Positions 29,778 through 38,299 of a stretch of DNA of 64,000 nt are shown here, one piece after another (within the stretch, counting starts at the first letter, position 1; every line of letters begins with the position of its first letter). The notes beneath the pieces were generated by a model, which saw only the letters and a list, made by a program, of their open reading frames with translations, did no database searches and was not told the DNA's origin. This stretch comes from a virus, in IMG/VR virus record IMGVR_UViG_3300044807_000022, positions 21,064 to 85,063 of that record. One strand, written 5' to 3'. A program made the position numbers and the translations under genes.

Positions 29778-30272
29778 GTGACCCGCGAACAGGCCATCGG
29801 GTACCTGGCGGGCATCATCGACGGTGAGGGGTCCGTCTGCGGTGGGAGCAACCGGCACGTAGCCATTGCGAACACCGACCGGGCGATCATCGACGCCACC
29901 GTGACCGCCTGCGAGGCGGTGGGGATCGAGCCGCGCGTCAACGGGCCGTACCAACCCCGGTCGAGGAAGAAGTGGAGCGAGTTCTGGGTCGTCGTCATCC
30001 GGGGGCCAGCGAACCTCCAACTGGCGTCGGAGCTTCCCCTGGCGGCCACGAAGAAGCGTGAGGCGCTGATTGAACTCGCCACGTTCCCGTGCCGTCGCTA
30101 CACGCGCACCAGCGAAATCCCGGCAGAGGAGCTACGCGCGCTCTACGAGGGCCGACGCCTCACGCAGGGTGAAGTCGCTGCGGAAATGGGCGTTGCCAAG
30201 AGCACTGTCGAGCGCTGGATGCAGAAGGCGGGCATCCCGTGCCGTCCGAGGGGGCCACGATGCGCCCGCTGA
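29778..30272 (+). CDS. LAGLIDADG homing-endonuclease-like domain fused to C-terminal HTH
   Basis: YLAGIIDGEGS; LTQGEVAAEMGVAKSTVERWM. Confidence 0.75.
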   Translation: MTREQAIGYLAGIIDGEGSVCGGSNRHVAIANTDRAIIDATVTACEAVGIEPRVNGPYQPRSRKKWSEFWVVVIRGPANLQLASELPLAATKKREALIELATFPCRRYTRTSEIPAEELRALYEGRRLTQGEVAAEMGVAKSTVERWMQKAGIPCRPRGPRCAR

Positions 30273-31057
30273 TCGTGGTCCCGACGTATATCAATGCGCC
30301 GCAGGACCTCGCGGTGGTGATGGACTGCCTGAAGTCGGCCAACCGTACGGCTGGGGAGGACGCGGACGTGCTCGTGGTCGATGACTGCTCGCCGCGCCAA
30401 GACCTCGTGGATGCGCTCGACGGCGCGAAGTCGAGGCTGGAGTTCGAGCTTCACCGCAAGGACGAGAACACGGGCTTCTCGAAGACGGTGAACGTCGGGC
30501 TGCGCCGGGCTCTCGATGAAGGGCGTGACGCCATCCTCGCGAACGCCGATCTGGAGTTCATAGATCGTGGCTGGGTGCCACTGATGCAGCGACAGCAGAC
30601 CTCCGACGAGGACGGCACTCTCGCGTACGTAGTCGGCGCGCTGCTGCTCTACCCGAACGGGCTGATCCAGCACGCGGGCGACTACTTCTCGTTCCTCGAC
30701 CGGGTGTTCTCGCACTGGCTCCAGTACGGGCCGCAGGACCTACCCGAGGCGCAGCGTGCGCAGCCGAGTCTCGTGACGGGGGCGCTCCAGTTCATCCGCC
30801 ACGAATGCCTGACGACAGTCGGGCTGTACGACGAGCAGTTCAAGCTCGGCTACGAGGACGTGGACTACTGCATCCGCGTGTTCAACGCCGGGCAGGAGTG
30901 CGTGTACCAGCCGCACGTCCGGGCCTATCACTTCGAGTCGATGTTCCGAGGTCGCAAGAGCGACAAAATCATCGCGTGGGAGACTGAAAGCTGGGTCTAC
31001 TTTATGACCAAGTGGCGCAACCAGTCCTTCGCGCGGTTCATTCCAAGGATCGTATGA
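30260..31057 (+). CDS. Glycosyltransferase family 2
   Basis: VVDDCS, NTGFSKTVNVG, NAD, GYEDVDYCIR. Confidence 0.88.
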   Translation: MRPLIVVPTYINAPQDLAVVMDCLKSANRTAGEDADVLVVDDCSPRQDLVDALDGAKSRLEFELHRKDENTGFSKTVNVGLRRALDEGRDAILANADLEFIDRGWVPLMQRQQTSDEDGTLAYVVGALLLYPNGLIQHAGDYFSFLDRVFSHWLQYGPQDLPEAQRAQPSLVTGALQFIRHECLTTVGLYDEQFKLGYEDVDYCIRVFNAGQECVYQPHVRAYHFESMFRGRKSDKIIAWETESWVYFMTKWRNQSFARFIPRIV

Positions 31058-31560
31058 ACGACGACCGTCACGAAGTAGGTCCCGCCGCGTTCTCCCCCGA
31101 CCGCCTGTACCGCTACATGCTCACGCGGGAGTGGGACAAGGCGGCCCCTCGCCTGATGGTGGTGGGCCTCAACCCGAGCACCGCCGACGAGCACTCGCTG
31201 GACCCGACGCTGCGGCGCGTGCGCGAGTTCGCCAAGCGCTGGGGCATGGGCGGGTTCGTAATGACGAATCTGTTCGCCTTCAGGGCGACCAAGCCCAAGG
31301 ACATGATGGCCGCCGCCAATCCGGTCGGCCCCATGAACGACCAATGGCTAGAGCACCTGGCGAAGGATTCGGGCCTGGTCCTCGCCGCCTGGGGTGCGCA
31401 CGGCGGCTTCCTCGACCGCGACAAGCGCGTGCTCGAACTCCTGACGACCGTTAGAGGTTCACCGCCGCTCTGTCTGGGGACGACAGCGAAGGGCTTCCCC
31501 CGCCACCCGCTCTACCTCAAGAGCGACACCGATCCGATCCCGTACCTGGGCCGACTGTGA
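31054..31560 (+). CDS. DUF1643-family protein
   Basis: YRYMLTREW, GLNPSTAD..DPT, NLFAFRAT.P, AWG, PRHPLY. Confidence 0.8.
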   Translation: MNDDRHEVGPAAFSPDRLYRYMLTREWDKAAPRLMVVGLNPSTADEHSLDPTLRRVREFAKRWGMGGFVMTNLFAFRATKPKDMMAAANPVGPMNDQWLEHLAKDSGLVLAAWGAHGGFLDRDKRVLELLTTVRGSPPLCLGTTAKGFPRHPLYLKSDTDPIPYLGRL

Positions 31561-32582
31561 AGGCGCTGTTCGTCGGCAAGGGCAAGGCGCGCACGGCGTG
31601 GTACCGCTGCTACCTGCCTGCGATCTACATGGGGGCCGACTGGTCGGGCCTCGAAGGCGTGCCGCCGAACGAGGTACACGTCACCGGGCAGGTGGGCGAC
31701 AACACGCAGCGGCCCAATATGTTCGACTACGACGTGGTGGTCATCCAGCAACCGGCCGATCAGGCGTGGCTCGACCACATCAAGAGGCTGCGGGCCGCTG
31801 GTGTGAAAGTGCTAGTGGAGATAGACGATTACGTCCACGGCATCCCGAGGAAGAAGGACCACGACTTCCGCGAGCACTTCACCCCCGAGTACCTGCGTGG
31901 GCTCGAACGCTGCATGCGCGCCGCCGATGGGCTCATCTGCTCCACCGAGTACCTGGCGAAGCGCTACCGACAGTTCAACGATCAGGTCTGGGTCTGCCTC
32001 AACTGCCTCGACATAGCTCGCTACCGACTGACCCGCCCGCCGCGTTCGACGGTGAACATCGGGTGGGCCGGTGCGACGGCGCACGCCGAGGCGGTGATGG
32101 GCTGGCTGCAAGCCGTCGCCAACGTCATGTTCGCGAAGGACAACACGTGCTTCGTGTCCATCGGCCAGCCGTTCGCGGAGCCGTTCAAGGAGCACTTCCT
32201 GGACCGGGCCATCAGCATCCCCTTCACGATGCTGGAGACCTACCCGGCCGCCATGACGATGTTCGACATAGCGCTCGCGCCTGCGGGTCGTGGCTCGTTC
32301 TACCGAGGCAAGTCCGACCTGCGCTGGCTGGAGGCGGGCGCGCTCGGCATCCCGCTCATTGCGAGCCCCAAGGTCTACCCGATGATCGAGCACGGCGTGA
32401 CGGGTTTCCATGCGTCGTCCGCCCAGGAGGTCGAGGAGGTCTTGTTCGACCTGGTGGCCGACGAGGAAAAGCGAACGAGAGTCGGAGAATCCGTCAAGCG
32501 CTACGTGCTGGAGGAACGCTCGATGGAGGTCGGCGTGGCGCAGTGGCAAGCGGCGCTGGGGGAAGTTGTCGCAGCATCGTAA
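31557..32582 (+). CDS. Glycosyltransferase family 4 (GT-B)
   Basis: WYRC, EIDD, IGWAG, DIALAP, KSDLRWLEAGALGIPLIAS, HGVTG. Confidence 0.85.
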   Translation: MKALFVGKGKARTAWYRCYLPAIYMGADWSGLEGVPPNEVHVTGQVGDNTQRPNMFDYDVVVIQQPADQAWLDHIKRLRAAGVKVLVEIDDYVHGIPRKKDHDFREHFTPEYLRGLERCMRAADGLICSTEYLAKRYRQFNDQVWVCLNCLDIARYRLTRPPRSTVNIGWAGATAHAEAVMGWLQAVANVMFAKDNTCFVSIGQPFAEPFKEHFLDRAISIPFTMLETYPAAMTMFDIALAPAGRGSFYRGKSDLRWLEAGALGIPLIASPKVYPMIEHGVTGFHASSAQEVEEVLFDLVADEEKRTRVGESVKRYVLEERSMEVGVAQWQAALGEVVAAS

Positions 32583-33073
32583 ATTAGGGGTAGCGAGCAA
32601 CCGCGAAACGGGGGTCGGAATGCTGGCAAGGCTGAGGACGGTGGCAGGGCACACGCTCTGGCTCCTGGACTACCACACGACGGTCATCCGCCGGAACGCC
32701 AAGGCTCGGGGCGCATGAGGGCCTGTGCGGGCTCCTGTGGCGTCCTGAGCGCCGAGGCGGCCCATGTGAGGGAAGTCGCCGCCCACCACGGCCGCGAGGC
32801 GCTGAGGGCGCTCCTGCTGGGCCGTGTGCGGGTGCTCGCCACGCTGCCGGTCCGAGTCGCCTTCTCCCTGGTCGCCGGGGTCCCGGAGCACTTCACCTAT
32901 GAAAGCACCACTACACCCCGTTAGCACCTGCGCGGTGAACCCGCACCTGGCCCCCGGTCACTGTGGGTGTTACGACTGCGGCAAGAAGCTCGTCGCCGCC
33001 TACGCCCCGCACGTTCTCAAGCGCTAACGGCCGTCGCGCGATCCGTCCGGTCGGGGGCTTAGCGTCCTCGACC

Positions 33074-33700
33074 ATGGTGAAGTCAACAGGGACGGTCACG
33101 GATCAGCAGATCGCGGCGTACGAGGGGCTGGTCTGCTCCACCACGGAGCTTCACGTCGCCACGGTGAACATCGAGCGCGACGACCTGCGGCAACTGTTCC
33201 GCATCAAGGTCTGGCAGGCGCTCCGGAGCTACAACCCGACGCGCTCGAACATGAAGGAGAAGGATTACGTCTTCTCCTGTGTCTTCAACCTCGCCAAGGA
33301 CCTGCACCGGGGCACGAAGTACAAGCCACGCCCGGAGAGCTACATCGAGGACCTGGCACCGGCTCGCGACAGCGGCGGCGTCGAGCGCTCGGGCCGCGAC
33401 CGCTGGGAAGCGGAGCATGGGTTGGCCGTCGAGCGGGACACGATCTTCTCGGAGGTCGAGGTCGAGAAAGTCCCGATTCCAAACACACTTTCCAAGGTCG
33501 AGGCCCAGGTCGTGTGCTTGCTCTACTCCGACTACCGGCAGGGTGAGATTGCTCGTCGCCTCGGACTCTCGAAGCGCGAAATGGAAGGGGCCATGCGCGG
33601 CATCAAGACGAAGTTGGCCGACTTCAAGCCAGGCGACGGCGCGCAGATCGTCACCCTGCCCATCCCGGAACAGCAGGAGCAGCAGGCGGTCGCGGCCTAG
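33074..33700 (+). CDS. Phage sigma-70/ECF-like sigma factor
   Basis: Region 2-like ERDDLRQ...WQALRSYNP...YVFSCVFNLAKD; region 4-like YRQGEIARRLGLS. Confidence 0.75.
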   Translation: MVKSTGTVTDQQIAAYEGLVCSTTELHVATVNIERDDLRQLFRIKVWQALRSYNPTRSNMKEKDYVFSCVFNLAKDLHRGTKYKPRPESYIEDLAPARDSGGVERSGRDRWEAEHGLAVERDTIFSEVEVEKVPIPNTLSKVEAQVVCLLYSDYRQGEIARRLGLSKREMEGAMRGIKTKLADFKPGDGAQIVTLPIPEQQEQQAVAA

Positions 33701-34002
33701 CGCGTGTACGCCGCGCCAAGCTCCGCGACGATGACCTCGGGGAGCGTGTCGCGGATGCCGTCGAGCACGTTGCGCGAGCGCTCGTAAAGCTCGTCCTCGC
33801 TGAGGTTCCCGGCCTTCCAGTCGCGCACGGCGAGCACCAGGTAGCAGAGTCGTTCGAGCAGGTCGTCGGACGCCGCCATGTCCTCCAGCAGTTCGCGTGC
33901 CTCCTCGGCCGCCTTCTCCGCAGCCTCGACCCGCTCGCCCAGCGCCTTCATGGCCGGGGCGAAGACGAACTGGCGCTTGACCTCGGGCTTCACTTGGCCC
34001 AT
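33697..34002 (-). CDS. Hypothetical protein
   Basis: ORF with RBS at the convergent end of the leftward arm. Confidence 0.55.
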   Translation of the reverse strand: MGQVKPEVKRQFVFAPAMKALGERVEAAEKAAEEARELLEDMAASDDLLERLCYLVLAVRDWKAGNLSEDELYERSRNVLDGIRDTLPEVIVAELGAAYTR

Positions 34003-34667
34003 ACGGAACTCCTGATTACCGTCTGAGGATCAAGGCCGTCAAGCTCCGAGACAATTTCGGCCACGACGGCGGGGAAGTGCGGCTCGGGCCAGGACCATGC
34101 CGGGCTGTCCTCGAACGGTGGCTTGTCGGGCGCGTACAGGTAGCCGATCCCCGTGCCCGACCCCGCGTGCCAGAGCGGGTAGAACTCGCCGTCCAGGAAC
34201 GGGTGCGCGGGGAACGTCAGCGGCTCGGGGGCGAGCCCGTGGCGCGGGTCCATGCCCTGGTCCATGCTCAGGTCCACGATCCACTCCTCGTTGACGACGA
34301 GCACAAGGTGGCCGGGCCAGGAGTCGGCGTTGGTCGGTATGTCGCCCCAGCCGACCGCGCGGGCGTAGGTGCCGTCCTCGGCCTCCCACGCCTCCCGCTC
34401 GGCCCTGGTCTCGGGCAGTAGGAACTTGCCCTCGCGTTCGGAGCGGTCCTGCGCGGCGCGGTTCCAGACGAGAACCTGACACGGCACCGGGCGCGACGGG
34501 ATGCCGTAGTGGTCGCAGACCATCTTGGCGATGCGCGTGCTCGATATGCAGTTGTTCAGCGTGCCGGTGGCGACCTTCAGGATCGGGAATCGCCCAACTG
34601 CCGGTAGACCTTCTGCCACGACTTGAGCAAGCACGTGGCGGGGGAGGAAATGCTCGCGGAGGTCCAT
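33990..34667 (-). CDS. Hypothetical protein with C...H catalytic-like residues (transglutaminase-like, uncertain)
   Basis: NNCISST...WPGHLVLVV...IVDLS. Confidence 0.45.
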   Translation of the reverse strand: MDLREHFLPRHVLAQVVAEGLPAVGRFPILKVATGTLNNCISSTRIAKMVCDHYGIPSRPVPCQVLVWNRAAQDRSEREGKFLLPETRAEREAWEAEDGTYARAVGWGDIPTNADSWPGHLVLVVNEEWIVDLSMDQGMDPRHGLAPEPLTFPAHPFLDGEFYPLWHAGSGTGIGYLYAPDKPPFEDSPAWSWPEPHFPAVVAEIVSELDGLDPQTVIRSSVWAK

Positions 34668-34669
34668 GG

Positions 34670-35038
34670 CTACTGGTGGTGGATCGGGCCGGACTGCGCG
34701 CCGCCGCCGCCCTCCAGCAGGCGGGCAAGCTCGGGGTTCTCGCCCAGCACCGACGCTATCGCGCCGCCGAGCAGGGGCACCGCGCACTCGGGGTGGTGGG
34801 GCGCGACGACCATGCCCATCAGCGGCGTGTCCGGGTTCTTGTCCGGAGAGGACGCTGCGTCGAATACGAGCACCAGGTGGTCCAACTCAAACCCCGCGTC
34901 CACCATCGCCTTCTGCGCCGCCGTGATCGCGTTGTCGATCCCCAGGATCGCCATGTCCTCGCCCGTGCGCTGGTCCTCGGGCGTCTCGCGGATGCGCTGT
35001 ATGCGGTCGTCTGTTACGTCGGTCGAGTCCTCGTTCAT
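34670..35038 (-). CDS. Hypothetical protein
   Basis: Coupled ORF. Confidence 0.55.
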   Translation of the reverse strand: MNEDSTDVTDDRIQRIRETPEDQRTGEDMAILGIDNAITAAQKAMVDAGFELDHLVLVFDAASSPDKNPDTPLMGMVVAPHHPECAVPLLGGAIASVLGENPELARLLEGGGGAQSGPIHHQ

Positions 35039-36045
35039 GCGGCCTTGGCCTCCTCGCGTGGTGCGGTTGCTCGGTCGAATCGTGCGGCGGCTCGCGCGGA
35101 CGCCGCCTCCAGGTCATCGCGCACGACCTTCGTGTAGCACTCGGTCTGCGCGATGCTCGAATGCCCAAGGTACTGCGACACGTACTTGAGGGGCATCCCG
35201 GCACGCAGCCACTCGGTCGCGCAGGTGTGCCTGAAGCGGTGCAGGCTCCAGTCGCCCGCCGTCAGGAGCAGGCCGCCGAACCGCGTCGAGTTCATCGGCC
35301 GCAGCGCCCAGCGCGGGTGCAGGCAGAGCCAGGTGAAGTCGTGCCCCGGCTGAAGCAGGGTGCGCCAGTCGAGCCATGCCTGGAGCGCGGCGCGGGCTCG
35401 CGGCTGCATCGGGACCTCGCGGAACTTGGGACGGCCGTCACCCTTTCGCGTGCCCTCCCGGATGATGGCGTAGCGGTTCAGCGGATGCACGTCCTCGATG
35501 GTCGCCGCGTATATCTCCGAGCGCCGCATGCCCTCGTTCAGCGCGAGCGACACGATGGCGTCGATCTGGAGACGCATGCCGTGCTTCCAGACGCGCCCGT
35601 AGCCCGCGTTGCCCTGCTGCCAGCGTCCGATGGTGCTCTCGGCCGCGTAGGGCCACCGCGCGTTTAGCTCCCGGTAGAAGGCGTCAAGTTCGATGCGCGA
35701 GTAGGGCTTGGGGTCCGAGCGCGCGGTGCTCTCTCGCGGCGGGGCCACGTCGCGGATGCGGAGGAGGCGGTCGCCGTCGATGAGCCGCCGTCGCCACGCC
35801 CACGTGTAGAAGGGCATGAGCATGTTGCGGTACTGGCGGACGGTGTTCGGGCTGAGCGGTCGGTCAAGCGCCGCGCGCAGGAAGGTGGCTACCTCGTCGT
35901 GGTCGGCCTCGACCAGTGGGGTCCCACCTAGCGCTGCCTCGAACTCGCGCAGCACGCGCTCCTGCCGCTGCCGCCGGTCCTCGCTGATCCCGTTGTAGCC
36001 GTGGTGGTGCTCGCAGAACTCCGCGATCACGTCCTCGCCAGCCAT
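35035..36045 (-). CDS. Tyrosine recombinase (XerC/D-like integrase)
   Basis: GMRRSEI (R), RKGD (K), HRFRH (HxxR), LGHSS (H), CYT (Y); SAM-like N-domain with LSPNTV. Confidence 0.9.
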   Translation of the reverse strand: MAGEDVIAEFCEHHHGYNGISEDRRQRQERVLREFEAALGGTPLVEADHDEVATFLRAALDRPLSPNTVRQYRNMLMPFYTWAWRRRLIDGDRLLRIRDVAPPRESTARSDPKPYSRIELDAFYRELNARWPYAAESTIGRWQQGNAGYGRVWKHGMRLQIDAIVSLALNEGMRRSEIYAATIEDVHPLNRYAIIREGTRKGDGRPKFREVPMQPRARAALQAWLDWRTLLQPGHDFTWLCLHPRWALRPMNSTRFGGLLLTAGDWSLHRFRHTCATEWLRAGMPLKYVSQYLGHSSIAQTECYTKVVRDDLEAASARAAARFDRATAPREEAKAA

Positions 36046-36138
36046 GTTGCCCACCCCCATGCGCGTAGAAGTCCGAAACGAAAACAACGGGCGAGCCACG
36101 CTGGCCTACGCGTGACTCGCCCGTGGACGGTAGCCGCT

Positions 36139-36624
36139 CTAGGCGACGGCCGTCTCCAGCGCCTTCTCGACCCGCTGAAGCTGGTCCACTTCTCCCTCGA
36201 CCGTGATCTTGCGCTCCCGCAGGACCGCCTGCTCGGCGGCAAGCTCCTCGGCGCGAGCGTCGATGGAGTCGCGCTCGTCCGTGAGTTCCTGCTGCCGGGC
36301 GGCCATCTGCTTGATCGCCTCGTCCAGGGCGGGGATGCCGTCCAGGTGGACGCTGCCGTTGGAACGTGCGACGGCAGTCGAGCGATTCGACGCCGCTGCC
36401 GTCGTCGCCGCCCGGCCGCGCCCCCGGCCACGGCCACGCCGCCTGCCGCCGCCCCGGCTCGCGTAGCTCTTGGGCACCAGCCCCCGAGCCTTGAGCCGCT
36501 TGATGTGCGAGCGGACGCCGTTCTCCGTGAGCTTCAGCGCCTTCGCCATTTCCGCGACGGTCTTCCCGTCGTTGATGAGGTCCAGCACTTCCTGCTGCCT
36601 CTCCGTGGCTGCTCCTGTTGCCAT
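36139..36624 (-). CDS. HTH DNA-binding protein with basic linker and C-terminal coiled coil
   Basis: TERQQEVLDLINDGKTVAEMAKALKLTENGVRSHIKRL; RGRGRGR linker; heptad C-terminus. Confidence 0.7.
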   Translation of the reverse strand: MATGAATERQQEVLDLINDGKTVAEMAKALKLTENGVRSHIKRLKARGLVPKSYASRGGGRRRGRGRGRGRAATTAAASNRSTAVARSNGSVHLDGIPALDEAIKQMAARQQELTDERDSIDARAEELAAEQAVLRERKITVEGEVDQLQRVEKALETAVA

Positions 36625-36628
36625 CCGA

Positions 36629-36856
36629 CTACCTCCAGTTAGTTGCCGTCAGGTCGTGTTCTGCCTGCACGGAACGCCTTTCTCGTTCCAGTGTACGGGC
36701 ATCTTGCTCCTCGTTCAAGCGGTGTTGTCCACAGGCGATGGCGGCAAGCGCCTCGGGGTCGTCCACGTCGTCGCGAAGTGCGTCCGCGACCTGCTCCTCG
36801 TCGTACCCCATGAACGCGAGGAATCGCGCCTTGTCCTCGGGCGTGTCGAGCATCAT
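36629..36856 (-). CDS. Hypothetical protein
   Basis: MMLDTPEDKARF..., coupled. Confidence 0.5.
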   Translation of the reverse strand: MMLDTPEDKARFLAFMGYDEEQVADALRDDVDDPEALAAIACGQHRLNEEQDARTLERERRSVQAEHDLTATNWR

Positions 36857-37869
36857 GTGATGACCCCCTCGTTCGGGTTGCCGATGGGTTCGGGCTCCTC
36901 CAGCCAGCGTCGGTACGTCTCGCGCTCGAACTTGCCCGCAGCGATGGCCCTGTCGATGGCCTCCTCCAGGAACGCGCGAAGACCCTGACCCTCGAAGAAC
37001 TCGCGAATGTGCCCAGGGATTGGGCGGTCGGGCGCGAGCGCCGGATCGCCAGTGGGCGTGATGCACTTCTCGCGAATCTCGCGCTCCAGCACCATGTCCA
37101 CCTTCTTGTCGCGGTCGGCCGCGAAGAACTCCTCCTCCCACGCCTTCTCCTGCTGGCGCTTGCGCAGGCGCACCGCGCGCAACTCCAGCGCCTCCTCGTA
37201 GGCCCAGGCCCCCTGGTCGCGCGCCTGCGTGGCGAAGCGGTCGAACAGCATGCCGTAGCTGATGCCGTGTTCGGCCTCCTCGGGGTTCAGGTTGCGGTCG
37301 CTGATGTGGCTCCATATGTCGTGCCACACGTAGTCCCAGCGCTCGTCGCTCGGCCAGTCGTATGTCAGCGCATCGCCTCGGCGGATGGCGACTCGTGGGT
37401 CGTTGTAGTAAGGCCCGATTGTCGTCACGATTTCGGGGTCGAACTCCACCACGTCGATGTGGGTGACCTCGGGCTTGGCGAGGAGGGCGCTGACGACGCA
37501 GCCCAACCCCAGGCCGTGGACGAGCACGCGGCCGGTACCGTGCTCGATGGCGTGGAAGTGGCCTTCGATTTCGGCGGGCGTGTCGGACATGACGGGCGTC
37601 CAGTCCTTCACGTCGTTGTCCTCGACCTCCTGCGCCGTGGCGCGCCGTCTGAGCGTGATGTAGTGGCCGGGCGGAACCAGGCGCTCGATCATGGACTCGC
37701 GGCGGTATGGGTCGCGCTCGGTGAGCATGGCGTGCAGTGTGCGCGCGCGGACCTCGGCCTCGTCCACGTCGAAGTGGTACGCCTGCCAGCGCGTGCCCTC
37801 GAAGTCCTCGATGAAGTCGGACACGCGGGCGGCTGCCCACGGGTCGGTGTAGTTCGGCCTAGCCGACAT
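36853..37869 (-). CDS. SAM-dependent methyltransferase/spermidine-synthase-like protein
   Basis: VLVHGLGLG, IDVVEFD, RGDA, DYVWHDIW. Confidence 0.7.
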   Translation of the reverse strand: MSARPNYTDPWAAARVSDFIEDFEGTRWQAYHFDVDEAEVRARTLHAMLTERDPYRRESMIERLVPPGHYITLRRRATAQEVEDNDVKDWTPVMSDTPAEIEGHFHAIEHGTGRVLVHGLGLGCVVSALLAKPEVTHIDVVEFDPEIVTTIGPYYNDPRVAIRRGDALTYDWPSDERWDYVWHDIWSHISDRNLNPEEAEHGISYGMLFDRFATQARDQGAWAYEEALELRAVRLRKRQQEKAWEEEFFAADRDKKVDMVLEREIREKCITPTGDPALAPDRPIPGHIREFFEGQGLRAFLEEAIDRAIAAGKFERETYRRWLEEPEPIGNPNEGVIT

Positions 37870-38299
37870 GCGTGCCCTCCTCTGGGTCGAGTCCTCTCCG
37901 CGCTCGTCGCGCGCGGAGCTTGTCCGCCGTACGCCTTGCGTTCAGGCCGGGGTCCTGAAGCTCGGCCATGCCGTGCGCCGCCGCCTCGGCTCCGGACGCG
38001 AACAGCGGGACCGGCGACACGTAGTCCAGCGCTGCTTCGTAGCCCTCCCGCGTGACCGCGCCCGCGAGGACCGCGATGCGCAGGCCCATCGACTCCTCCA
38101 TGTCGTGGCACCCGACCCACCCGGCGCAGAGACGGCCGTTCTGCTGATGGCAGAAGAACGCGGCGGGGAGTTGGTCGCCGGTCGGCCCGTCGTAGCGCGG
38201 GAGCTTGTCGTACTCCTCCTCGGACCACACGCCGCTCGGGCAGTCGCGCCTGTACGGGCATGACGCACACGGGTAGGGGGCCGGTGCGCTAGTCGCCAT
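37859..38299 (-). CDS. Cys-rich protein (DUF6283-like)
   Basis: PCASCPYRRDCPSGVW...FCH...LCAGW. Confidence 0.6.
   Translation of the reverse strand: MATSAPAPYPCASCPYRRDCPSGVWSEEEYDKLPRYDGPTGDQLPAAFFCHQQNGRLCAGWVGCHDMEESMGLRIAVLAGAVTREGYEAALDYVSPVPLFASGAEAAAHGMAELQDPGLNARRTADKLRARRARRGLDPEEGTHVG

Noticed and set aside
36045-36139. attP next to the tyrosine recombinase
   Set aside because: Short gap with no tRNA-like core or arm repeats; the gene's other end overlaps the next ORF
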